Assembly (NCBI GenBank): GCA_964401315.1
Contig: CAYNYB010000017.1
Span: 7,596 to 71,595 of the forward strand
Direction: 5' to 3'
Length of the DNA stretch: 64,000 nt
DNA from: an uncultured Alistipes sp.
GTDB lineage: Bacteria > Bacillota > Clostridia > Oscillospirales > Ruminococcaceae
Shown piece by piece: positions 45,966 to 55,301 of the stretch; position 1 is the stretch's first letter, and every line of letters starts with the position of its first letter. The notes under the pieces were generated by a model. That model did not search any database. It was not told the DNA's origin and saw only the letters and a list, made by a program, of their open reading frames with translations. Made by a program: the position numbers and the translations under genes.

Positions 45966-47039
45966 ATGGCAAAAATCAAAGCTGCTGTTATTTTTGGCGG
46001 TACATCGCAGGAACACGAACTTTCACTTGCTTCCGCCGCGGAGGTAATACGCAATATTCCGCGTTCTTCGTATGAGGTAGTTTCCATCGGTATAACACGT
46101 AAGGGACGCTGGCTTTATTTCCCCGGCGATCCCTCGGAGATCGCCGACGGAAGCTGGGAATCCAATCCCGACTGCACTTCCGCTATTCTATCCCCCGATC
46201 CTCTCCACCGCGGCATTATGATCATCGAAAACGGCGAAGTCTCTTTCAGAAAGATCGACGTTGCATTTCCCGTGCTTCAGGGCAAGAGAGGCGCGGACGG
46301 CACTATTCAGGGACTTCTCGATATGTCGGGCATTCCCTATGTTGGCTGTGGTCTGCTTGCCTCGGCTTCGTGTATGGATAAGTCTCACACCCACATGGTT
46401 CTCGACGATTACGGAATCAAAACCGCCGACTGGAAACTTATCTGTCAGCGCGATCTGAGCAGGATCGACGAAAAATGTGAAGAAATTTCCCGTCTGCTCG
46501 AATTTCCGCTTGCCGTCAAACCCGCAAACAGCGGATGCAGCGCCGGAACAAGCGTTGCCCGAAATCTCGCCGAACTTATAACCGCCGTGAAAATAGCCTT
46601 TTCCAACGACAACAAGGTCGTTGTCGAAAAATACGTAAACGGCAGAAAACTTGAAGTTGCGGTATTCGGATACGACGCGCCTTTCGCTTCTTACGTAGGC
46701 GAAATTCTCCCGACAAACAAGGATTATAATCCTACGGAAGTAAGAAAAGATCCTGCCGACGATTTCCGCGTTCCCGCCGATCTTTCAGATCAGGATCACA
46801 ATATGATACGCGAAACTGCGGTAAAGGCATTCAAGGCTCTCGGCTGCAAGGGTCTCGCAAGAGTTGAATTCTTCCTTGCCGAGGACGGAACGCTTTTCCT
46901 CAACAAGGTAATCACGGCTCCGGGTCTTCGTTTTAACAGCGTTTATCCGCAGCTTATGACTCATCTTGGCATGGATATGGGATATCTGGTTGACAAACTT
47001 CTTGAGCAGGCTATTGAAAATGCCGAAAAAACCTATTAA
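45966..47039 (+). CDS. D-Ala-D-Ala ligase-like ATP-grasp protein with substituted catalytic residues
   Basis: FGGTSQEHELS, GTIQGLL, MDKS and VKPAN retained; NEVN replaced by NKVI; HG...GEDG replaced by QG...GADG. Confidence 0.8.
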   Translation: MAKIKAAVIFGGTSQEHELSLASAAEVIRNIPRSSYEVVSIGITRKGRWLYFPGDPSEIADGSWESNPDCTSAILSPDPLHRGIMIIENGEVSFRKIDVAFPVLQGKRGADGTIQGLLDMSGIPYVGCGLLASASCMDKSHTHMVLDDYGIKTADWKLICQRDLSRIDEKCEEISRLLEFPLAVKPANSGCSAGTSVARNLAELITAVKIAFSNDNKVVVEKYVNGRKLEVAVFGYDAPFASYVGEILPTNKDYNPTEVRKDPADDFRVPADLSDQDHNMIRETAVKAFKALGCKGLARVEFFLAEDGTLFLNKVITAPGLRFNSVYPQLMTHLGMDMGYLVDKLLEQAIENAEKTY

Positions 47040-47052
47040 AGAGGAGATTGAT

Positions 47053-47472
47053 TTGAAAAACGATGTTATGATTTCCCTTACCAGTATTCAGTGGCAGGAC
47101 GGCGAAAAAAATGAAACGGAGCTGCTTACCAAAGCTTCTCTTTCAAAATCAGGCGGACAGGACGTTATTTCCTACGAGGATACGACGGCTACGGGTTTCG
47201 AAGGTTCAGTTACCACCATTACCGTTGACGGCAGCCGCTCTGCGTCTATAATCCGCAAAGGAACGGCGAATTCCGTTTTGTCGCTTGAAATAGGCAGAAA
47301 ACACTTCTGCCAGTACGGTACGCCTTACGGAAATATGCAGATCGGAGTCTACACTCACGCTATCAGCAACGAACTTTCGGAAAACGGCAGACTTTACCTG
47401 AAATATACTCTTGACTTAAACTCTTCTTATCTTTCGGATAATGAAATAATTATGACTATAAATCAAGCCTGA
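47053..47472 (+). CDS. DUF1934 (YwiB-like) protein
   Basis: beta-rich; YGTPYGNMQIGV motif; sits directly before argS; TTG start with SD GAGGAG. Confidence 0.82.
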   Translation: MKNDVMISLTSIQWQDGEKNETELLTKASLSKSGGQDVISYEDTTATGFEGSVTTITVDGSRSASIIRKGTANSVLSLEIGRKHFCQYGTPYGNMQIGVYTHAISNELSENGRLYLKYTLDLNSSYLSDNEIIMTINQA

Positions 47473-47511
47473 TGTCGAAATACAGAAAGGCTACGAGAAA
47501 GGATTTTACAA

Positions 47512-49278
47512 ATGGCAGATCTTATTAAATCCGCATCAATGCAGCTTCGCGAACTTATTACGGAGGCTCTCGGGAAATTGGTTGCCGAGGGAACGGCTCC
47601 TGCCGATCTTCTTCCCGATTTCACAGTCGAAATACCGGCGGACAAATCTCATGGCGATTTCGCCGCAAATACGGCTATGGTGTGCGCGCGCTCGTTTAAA
47701 ATGCCGCCGAGAAAAATTGCCGAACTCATTATTGAAAAGATCGATCTGAACGGCTCGGTATTCGAACGTGCGGAAATTGCGGGTCCCGGATTTATGAACT
47801 TTTTCCTCAGCAGAAAATGGTTCGCAGACGTTGCTGAGAATGTCCTTACGGAAAAGGACGATTTCGGCAGAACCGATCTCGGAAAGGGCAGGCGCGTTCT
47901 CGTTGAATTCGTTTCAGCCAATCCAACAGGACCGATGCACATTGGAAACGCACGCGGAGGAGCTATCGGCGACTGCCTTGCAAGCGTTCTCGACTGGGCA
48001 GGATATCACACCGAAAGAGAATTCTATGTAAACGATGCAGGCAATCAGATCGAAAAATTCGGCAAATCCCTTGACCTTCGCTTTATGCAGCTTTGCAGCG
48101 AAGCAGGTAAAGCTGCTATGGAAAAATTCGCAGATAATGAACAGCTTTTCCAGCATATCTACGATCTCAGCGGCGAGGGTATGGAATTTGAAATGCCCGA
48201 GGACGTTTATCTCGGCATGGATATTATTGAACACGCAAAAAATTATTATGACATAAACGTCGATAAACTCGCTTCTGCTCCCGATCAGGAACGCAGAAAC
48301 GCTCTTGTGGACTATGCGCTCCCCATTAATATAGCAGGTCTGGAACGCGATCTGAAAAAATACAGGATCGTGTATGACAACTGGTTCAGAGAAAGCACGG
48401 TTCACGAAAAAAATGAGACCAAGGCTGTTGTGGACAAGCTTCTTGCTTCTGGTCACGCTTACGAGCAGGAAGGCGCAATCTGGTTCAAAGCTACCGATTA
48501 CGGAATGGATAAGGATTTCGTACTTCGCCGCAGCAACGGTCTGTATACTTATATAGTTCCGGATATCGCGTACCATTATGACAAACTGGTCACACGCGGA
48601 TTCGATAAGGCAATAAACGTTCTCGGAGCTGATCATCACGGCTATGTTCCGCGCCTTAAAGCGGCTCTTACCGCTCTCGGAGTCGATGCCGCAAAACTCG
48701 ACGTCGTTCTCATGCAGATGGTAAGACTTGTGAGAAACGGCGAAACTGTCAAGCTTTCAAAGCGCAGCGGCAAGGCGATCACTCTTGTTACTCTCCTTGA
48801 TGAGATCCCGATAGACGCGGCGAGATTTTATTTCAATCTCCGCGAGGCGAATTCTCAGTTCGAGTTCGATCTCGATCTTGCAGTAGAGCATTCTTCTCAG
48901 AATCCCGTATTTTATGTGCAGTACGCTCATGCGAGAATTTGCAGCCTTATCTCTAATCTTGCTTCAGAGGGCGTAAATATTCCTGAAAAAGCCGATTTTA
49001 CCCTTCTTGATAATCCGCGTGAGATAGAACTTATCCGTCATATTGCTTCTCTTCCGCATGAGATCGAAATTGCGGCGAAAAATTACGATCCTGCGAAACT
49101 CACAAAATATGCTGTCGATCTCGCTACGCTTTTCCACAGATTCTACGACGGATGCAGCGTAAAGAATGCAGAAACTCCCGAACTTATGAATGCGCGCATT
49201 CTTCTCTCTGTCATTGTAAGACAGGTGCTGAAAAACGTGCTGACCATACTCAAGATCGATCAGCCTGAAAAAATGTAA
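47512..49278 (+). CDS. argS: Arginine-tRNA ligase
   Basis: EFVSANPTGPMHIGNARG, GADHHGY, KLSKRSG and YVQYAHAR. Confidence 0.97.
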   Translation: MADLIKSASMQLRELITEALGKLVAEGTAPADLLPDFTVEIPADKSHGDFAANTAMVCARSFKMPPRKIAELIIEKIDLNGSVFERAEIAGPGFMNFFLSRKWFADVAENVLTEKDDFGRTDLGKGRRVLVEFVSANPTGPMHIGNARGGAIGDCLASVLDWAGYHTEREFYVNDAGNQIEKFGKSLDLRFMQLCSEAGKAAMEKFADNEQLFQHIYDLSGEGMEFEMPEDVYLGMDIIEHAKNYYDINVDKLASAPDQERRNALVDYALPINIAGLERDLKKYRIVYDNWFRESTVHEKNETKAVVDKLLASGHAYEQEGAIWFKATDYGMDKDFVLRRSNGLYTYIVPDIAYHYDKLVTRGFDKAINVLGADHHGYVPRLKAALTALGVDAAKLDVVLMQMVRLVRNGETVKLSKRSGKAITLVTLLDEIPIDAARFYFNLREANSQFEFDLDLAVEHSSQNPVFYVQYAHARICSLISNLASEGVNIPEKADFTLLDNPREIELIRHIASLPHEIEIAAKNYDPAKLTKYAVDLATLFHRFYDGCSVKNAETPELMNARILLSVIVRQVLKNVLTILKIDQPEKM

Positions 49279-49493
49279 AAAGTTACAATTACGCAGGAAT
49301 TTATTACTATTCAGTTACAAAATATTATTTTCGTTTGTATGATTATCACAATACTAACACGGAAATATTGTCTAAAGTTCAAGCTTTCAAAAGAAAATTA
49401 ACATTTTGTTCATGATTAATTCATAATTATATGTTACAATTTGTAATATATTCTGAAAGCTGTCAAAAAATTTTATAGAAGGGATTTATACCT

Positions 49494-50579
49494 ATGTCCA
49501 ACAGATTATTTCAGGGTTTAGTTCACCAGATGAGAGATACTATCGACGCCACTATCGGCGTTGTTGACGAAACCGCTACGATCATCGCTTGCAGCGATCT
49601 TACAAAAGTAGGTACGACCAACGAATTTGTTTCCCTCGACCTCAGCGATTCTCATGATATTTTTATTCGCGACGGCTATACTTATAAGCCCTTCGGTTCG
49701 AGAGTAAAACCCGATTACGCGGTTTTCGTAGAGGGCGTTGACGACGCAGCGGCAAAATATGCAAGCATTCTTGCTATCACTCTTTCAAATATAAAGCAGT
49801 ATTACGACGAAAAATACGACCGCAACAACTTCATCAAAAATGTTATCCTCGACAACGTTCTCCCCGGAGATATCGTGATCAAAGCCCGTGAGCTGCATTT
49901 CAATGCCGAGATCAGCCGCGCCGTATTCCTTATCAGGATAGTTTCCGCAAACGATATTTCCGCTTACGACGTTATTCAGAATCTCTTCCCTGACAAGAAC
50001 AAGGATTTCGTTTTCAACATCACTGAATCCGACATCGTTCTTGTTAAGGAGCTGAAAAGCACCGTCGATTCAAAGGATCTGGAAAAGCTTGCTCGCTCTA
50101 TCGCGGATACTCTTTCCAGCGAATTCTATACAAGAGTAAATGTCGGCATCGGTACTGCCGTTGTAGGAGTAAAGGATCTTGCGCGCTCTTTCAAGGAAGC
50201 TCAGATGGCTCTTGAGGTCGGCAAGGTTTTCGATACCGATAAGGTGATTGTCAGCTACGACAATCTCGGCATTGCTCGCCTTATCTATCATCTCCCCACT
50301 ACTCTCTGCGATACTTTTCTTCATGAGGTTTTCAAAGTGGGCAGTATCGATTCCCTCGATCACGAAACGCTTTTCACCATTCAGAAATTCTTTGAGAATA
50401 ATCTGAACGTTTCCGAAACTTCGCGTAAGCTTTTCGTTCACAGAAATACTCTTGTGTACAGACTTGAAAAAATCAAAAAACTGACAGGTCTTGACCTCCG
50501 TGAATTTGATCACGCCATTATCTTCAAAATCGCCCTTATGGTTAAAAAGTACCTGTCCGCCAATCCGGTCAAGTTCTGA
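49494..50579 (+). CDS. CdaR/PucR-family transcriptional regulator
   Basis: C-terminal NVSETSRKLFVHRNTLVYRLEKI HTH. Confidence 0.9.
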   Translation: MSNRLFQGLVHQMRDTIDATIGVVDETATIIACSDLTKVGTTNEFVSLDLSDSHDIFIRDGYTYKPFGSRVKPDYAVFVEGVDDAAAKYASILAITLSNIKQYYDEKYDRNNFIKNVILDNVLPGDIVIKARELHFNAEISRAVFLIRIVSANDISAYDVIQNLFPDKNKDFVFNITESDIVLVKELKSTVDSKDLEKLARSIADTLSSEFYTRVNVGIGTAVVGVKDLARSFKEAQMALEVGKVFDTDKVIVSYDNLGIARLIYHLPTTLCDTFLHEVFKVGSIDSLDHETLFTIQKFFENNLNVSETSRKLFVHRNTLVYRLEKIKKLTGLDLREFDHAIIFKIALMVKKYLSANPVKF

Positions 50580-50638
50580 GTTGTCATGCTGAAATGGCTT
50601 TCTCATACATCTTGCCCTAAAGGAAGGAAGGTGTAAAC

Positions 50639-51484
50639 ATGGTCGAGCTTCAGAACGTATCTGTAACTTACTCAAGCGGCGTCGACGCCCTTAACAATGT
50701 CAGTCTCAAAATCAACGACGGTGACTTTGCTTTCGTGGTAGGCTCTTCGGGTGCGGGAAAAAGTACCATGATAAAACTGCTTCTTAAGGAGATCGACGCT
50801 ACAAGCGGCGTCGTTACTGTAAACGGTTATAACCTTAATAAGCTCCGAAAACGGAAGATCCCGGAATTCCGCCGTACTATCGGATTCGTTTTTCAGGATT
50901 TCCGCCTGATACCGTCAATGACGGTATACGAAAATATAGCGTTCGTACTGCGCGTTCTCGACGCGCCCTTAAAGCTCATCAGAAAAAGAGTCCCTTATGT
51001 TATAAGTCTGGTCGGTCTGCAATCCAAGACCAATTCATATCCGGACGAGCTTTCCGGCGGTGAAAAACAGCGTGTTGCAATTGCTCGCGCACTTGTCAAC
51101 GATCCCCAGCTTATAATCGCGGACGAGCCTACGGGTAATATAGACCCCGAACTTTCATATGAGATCGTCGAGCTGCTGAAAGGCATCAACGATCAGGGTA
51201 CTACTATACTTATGGTCACGCATGAGCATGATCTTGTCCGTCATTTCGGCGGAAGAATCATTAATATAACGGAAGGCGAGATCGTTTACGACGAAGTCGT
51301 TATGGGTATAAACGATGAAATGCTGTCTGAATCCGATTTCGCTCAATCTGCGGAAAACGAGGCTTCCGCTCTCTATCAGACTGCGCTTAACACGGAATCG
51401 GACGACTCTGAACTTCCGCTGATCGACGACGTTATCGCGGCTATCACGGGCGCATCTCAGAATGACGAAGGAGGTGCGGAATGA
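50639..51484 (+). CDS. ftsE: Cell-division ABC ATPase FtsE with acidic C-terminal tail
   Basis: [25 protein letters not shown] and ADEPTGN; overlaps ftsX. Confidence 0.93.
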   Translation: MVELQNVSVTYSSGVDALNNVSLKINDGDFAFVVGSSGAGKSTMIKLLLKEIDATSGVVTVNGYNLNKLRKRKIPEFRRTIGFVFQDFRLIPSMTVYENIAFVLRVLDAPLKLIRKRVPYVISLVGLQSKTNSYPDELSGGEKQRVAIARALVNDPQLIIADEPTGNIDPELSYEIVELLKGINDQGTTILMVTHEHDLVRHFGGRIINITEGEIVYDEVVMGINDEMLSESDFAQSAENEASALYQTALNTESDDSELPLIDDVIAAITGASQNDEGGAE

Positions 51485-52386
51485 AAATAAGCGGCATTAA
51501 ATATCTTGCCAATCAAGGTATTGAAAATATCTGGAAAAATAAAATGATGGCGTTCGCAACGTTCTGCGTTCTGCTTATTTCACTGCTTCTTGTAGGCTGT
51601 TCCGCGCTTTTTTACATCAATATGAATTCCATGATACTCGGTCTCGGAAATCAGAACGAAATAGCGGTGTATCTTTATCCCGAAACCCCTCATGAACGAG
51701 TAGGCGAAATAAACGCTCAGCTCCTTGAACTTGAAAATGTTGATACGGTTGTGTACAATTCAAAAGACGAAGCTTACGAACGTATGCAGAATCAGATCTC
51801 GCAGGGAAAGGAAATTTTCAATTATATCGACGATCACGAATTTATGCCCGACGGATTCAGCGTGACTGTTTTAAATAACGATCAGATCGAAAATACAACA
51901 CAGGTGATAAATCAGATAGCCGAGGTTGAAGTTGCAAAATCTTCTCCGCAGGTCGCGCAGTTTTTACGCGAATTGAGAAGAGTTGTTACTATCATTGCAG
52001 GCGCGGTAATTATCGCCCTTGCTGCCGTTTCAATGATCATGATCTCCAATACTACCAAGGCAAGCGTTTTTGCGCGGCGCGAGGAGATCCAGATCATGAA
52101 ATACGTAGGCGCTACCAACGCCTTTATCAGAACGCCTTTCTTCGTTGAAGGCTTTGTAACAGGTTTTTTTGCAGGCGCAGGCGCATTTCTCATCACATGG
52201 GCTGTATATCGTTCCGTATATAACATACTCCTCGAACAGGGTACGCTCATGAACGCATTCGGCGTGTCAAGCCTTATTCCTTTTGCTGACATCAGAATTA
52301 TTGTCGGCTTGGCTTATCTACTGATAGGCGGATTGGTAGGCGCTCTCGGAAGCGTTGTAAGCACACGGCGTCATTTAAATGTGTAA
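51481..52386 (+). CDS. ftsX: Cell-division permease FtsX
   Basis: 4-TM pattern; RREEIQIMKYVGATNAFIRTPF. Confidence 0.93.
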   Translation: MKISGIKYLANQGIENIWKNKMMAFATFCVLLISLLLVGCSALFYINMNSMILGLGNQNEIAVYLYPETPHERVGEINAQLLELENVDTVVYNSKDEAYERMQNQISQGKEIFNYIDDHEFMPDGFSVTVLNNDQIENTTQVINQIAEVEVAKSSPQVAQFLRELRRVVTIIAGAVIIALAAVSMIMISNTTKASVFARREEIQIMKYVGATNAFIRTPFFVEGFVTGFFAGAGAFLITWAVYRSVYNILLEQGTLMNAFGVSSLIPFADIRIIVGLAYLLIGGLVGALGSVVSTRRHLNV

Positions 52387-52430
52387 AATCAAGGACAAAT
52401 CTGAAAGGAGTTTACGGTGTTCTTCACCGA

Positions 52431-53861
52431 ATGATTATGAAGAAATTAACAATTGCTAAAAAGGTACTGTCGTTTATGACCTGCGCCGCTATTTCGGTCG
52501 GAGTTGCGGCAGCTTATCCCTCGTTTACCGACAAGGGCGAGGTTCAGGCTGCAAAAACGCTTCAGGAAATTCAGGAGCAGCGCAAGGCTAATGCCGAAAA
52601 AATCGCAAATCTTGAAAGTCAGATAAACAGTCTCGAGGGAGACAAGGATTATGAAAAACAGCAGCAAGAATATCTGAACGAGCAGATCGGCTATATTCAG
52701 GAAAATATTGATCTTCTCAACGCCGAGCTTGCAAGCATAAGCACGGATATCGAAACTATCGCAACGAATATCACTTTTCTTGACACCGATATTGTAAATC
52801 AGCAGGCGGCTATCGATAATAATATCGAACTTTTCAAACAGCGTCTCTGTTCAATGTACGTGAACAGCAACGATTCGGCTGCTACAGTGGTTCTCGGTTC
52901 AACAAGCTTTTACGATATGATGGCTCGCGTTCAGATGATAAACAGAGTTGCAGAATACGACGATAAGCTTATCAACGATATTCTCAACGAGATCCAAGCT
53001 CTGGAGCAGTCCAAAAGTGATCTTGAATCCGAAAAGCTCAACCTTACAATGAAGCTTGAAGAACAGGAAAAACGAAAAGAGGAAAAAACTGCCGAGATCG
53101 AACAGTTGAATGTGAAAATGAAAGATACTCAGTACGAGATCGAAAGAATTGCACTGGAACAGGAAGCGCTCAACGCTGATAAGGAAGAGCTTGAAGAGCT
53201 TAATGAAGCGCTTGCAAAGGAAGAAGACGAAATGGTCGCAGCCATCAAGCGCGCAGCTGAAGAAGCTCAGAAAAAATATGAAGAAGAGCAGAGAAAAAAA
53301 TGGGAAGCTCAGCAGGCACTTTTACAACAGCAACAGGCGGCTAATAATGCTAATAATAACAATAACGGCGGCGGTGATACTGCCACTCCCACTGACACTC
53401 CCAGTTTGCCCGCATACATTCCTCCCGAACCCTCTTCAACAGGATTCACATGGCCATGTCCGGGATTCAGTTATATTACCAGTCCTTTCGGTCCTCGCTG
53501 GGGACGCAACCATAACGGTATAGACGTCGGCGACGGCGGTATAATGGGCGGAGCGGCTGTAGCTTCGAAATCAGGTACCGTAATTACCGTTGTCAACAAC
53601 TGTTCTCACAATTTCGCCAAAAATTACAACTGCGGCTGCGGCGGCGGATACGGAAATTACGTTATTATTTCTCATGACGGAACTTATTCCACAGTTTATG
53701 GTCATCTTTCCTATGCTTCTGTTTCCGTAGGCGACTATGTAGAGCAAGGTGATGTTATCGGCGCTATCGGTTCGACAGGTCATTCAACAGGTGCGCATCT
53801 TCATTTTGAAATACGTGTAAACGGCGCCGCTCAGAATCCTTTGAATTATGTAGGTCCGTAG
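52431..53861 (+). CDS. Coiled-coil plus M23 peptidoglycan hydrolase (EnvC/CwlO-like FtsEX partner)
   Basis: Signal peptide; long coiled coil; HNGID, YGHL and HLHFE motifs. Confidence 0.9.
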   Translation: MIMKKLTIAKKVLSFMTCAAISVGVAAAYPSFTDKGEVQAAKTLQEIQEQRKANAEKIANLESQINSLEGDKDYEKQQQEYLNEQIGYIQENIDLLNAELASISTDIETIATNITFLDTDIVNQQAAIDNNIELFKQRLCSMYVNSNDSAATVVLGSTSFYDMMARVQMINRVAEYDDKLINDILNEIQALEQSKSDLESEKLNLTMKLEEQEKRKEEKTAEIEQLNVKMKDTQYEIERIALEQEALNADKEELEELNEALAKEEDEMVAAIKRAAEEAQKKYEEEQRKKWEAQQALLQQQQAANNANNNNNGGGDTATPTDTPSLPAYIPPEPSSTGFTWPCPGFSYITSPFGPRWGRNHNGIDVGDGGIMGGAAVASKSGTVITVVNNCSHNFAKNYNCGCGGGYGNYVIISHDGTYSTVYGHLSYASVSVGDYVEQGDVIGAIGSTGHSTGAHLHFEIRVNGAAQNPLNYVGP

Positions 53862-53934
53862 TACATAATATATACATAGCACCGCACAAATTGTGCGGTG
53901 CTGCCTTTATTTTTGAAAGAAAGAGAGACAGCTT

Positions 53935-55104
53935 ATGAATAAAAAAATCAGTCTTGGACTTGCTTTGAGCCTTATCGCCGTATCAATTGCGGTAACCTTC
54001 ATTCTCACATCATTCTTTTCGCTACAAAGCTTCAATACAAAAGTTGTAGACGTTAATGAAAAAGCTAAGAAATATACTGCGCTTCAGGCTCTCGATTCCT
54101 ATGTCAGAGATAATTATTTCGGCGATATAAACGAGAATACACTCAGCGACGGAATAATGAAAGGCTATGTATCGGGAATCAACGACAAATATTCCCGATA
54201 TCTTACCGAAGAGGAATATCTGACGGAGCAGAACGATAATTCAGGAACTCTTGTAGGTCTTGGACTTACCATTGCCGAGGACGAAAGCGGATATATCAGA
54301 ATTTCGGAAATAATCTCCGACTCCCCTGCTACGGATTCGGGACTTCTCGAAAACGATATTATCATCGCTATCGACGGTGTTGACGTCAAGGAGATCGGTT
54401 TCACCGAAGCTGCCGACGCAATGCGCGGTACGGAGGGTTCGGCAATCTCTCTTACTATCCGCCGCGACGGCAAAGATACGATGTATTCATTCACGCGCCG
54501 CTCTATTGAAATCACTACAGTCGAAGCCGAAATGCTCGGAAATTACGTTGGATATATCAAGATCAGCGGATTCAAACAGAATACTCCCCAGCAATTTATC
54601 GACGCACTGGAAAGATTGACTACCAACGGCGCAACTTCTCTGGTTTTCGATCTTCGCGATAATGGCGGCGGTCTTGTTTCGGCTCTTTCGGAATGTCTCG
54701 ATCCGCTTCTCCCGGAGGGCGTTGTGGCGACTGCCGAATACAAGGACGGTCATTCCGAAACTCTCGTTTATTCGGACGCTTCGGAATTAAATATGCCAAT
54801 GGTGGTCATCGTTAATGAGAATACCGCCAGCGCTGCGGAACTTTTCGCTGCTGCTCTCCGCGATTTCGGAAAAGCGCCTCTCGTTGGTTCGCAGACTTAC
54901 GGAAAAGGCGTTATGCAGACTACAACGGAACTTGAAAACGGCGGAGCTATAATTCTGACAGTTGCCGAATATAAAACGGCATTTTCGGAATGTTATAACG
55001 GAATAGGTCTTACTCCCGACGTTCCGGTAGAAAATGACATTGAGGGCTTCGATTCCCAATATTCAGCCGCGATCGAAGTTGTACAGCAGCTTGCACTTAA
55101 TTAA
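53935..55104 (+). CDS. S41 carboxyl-terminal processing protease (PDZ + S41)
   Basis: DLRDNGGG, TASAAE (catalytic Ser) and TYGKG (Lys). Confidence 0.92.
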   Translation: MNKKISLGLALSLIAVSIAVTFILTSFFSLQSFNTKVVDVNEKAKKYTALQALDSYVRDNYFGDINENTLSDGIMKGYVSGINDKYSRYLTEEEYLTEQNDNSGTLVGLGLTIAEDESGYIRISEIISDSPATDSGLLENDIIIAIDGVDVKEIGFTEAADAMRGTEGSAISLTIRRDGKDTMYSFTRRSIEITTVEAEMLGNYVGYIKISGFKQNTPQQFIDALERLTTNGATSLVFDLRDNGGGLVSALSECLDPLLPEGVVATAEYKDGHSETLVYSDASELNMPMVVIVNENTASAAELFAAALRDFGKAPLVGSQTYGKGVMQTTTELENGGAIILTVAEYKTAFSECYNGIGLTPDVPVENDIEGFDSQYSAAIEVVQQLALN

Positions 55105-55301
55105 AATAAAAAAATATATAGAAATCCTCTTTTCAAAGCATAAATAATATGGTATAATTAACCTGTATTTGTATAGTATGTTTGACAGCGGATATTTAAT
55201 TATTTATTTTTCCTTTTATTGCCGCTGCTATGCAAATATAAGAAACTGTCCGCACGATTTTCCTGCAAAGACAGATTCTAAATTTTCCAGGAGGTTTTTT
55301 T

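Noticed and set aside
47473-47511. T-box upstream of argS
   Set aside because: The intergenic gap is only 39 nt, with no T-box consensus or terminator.
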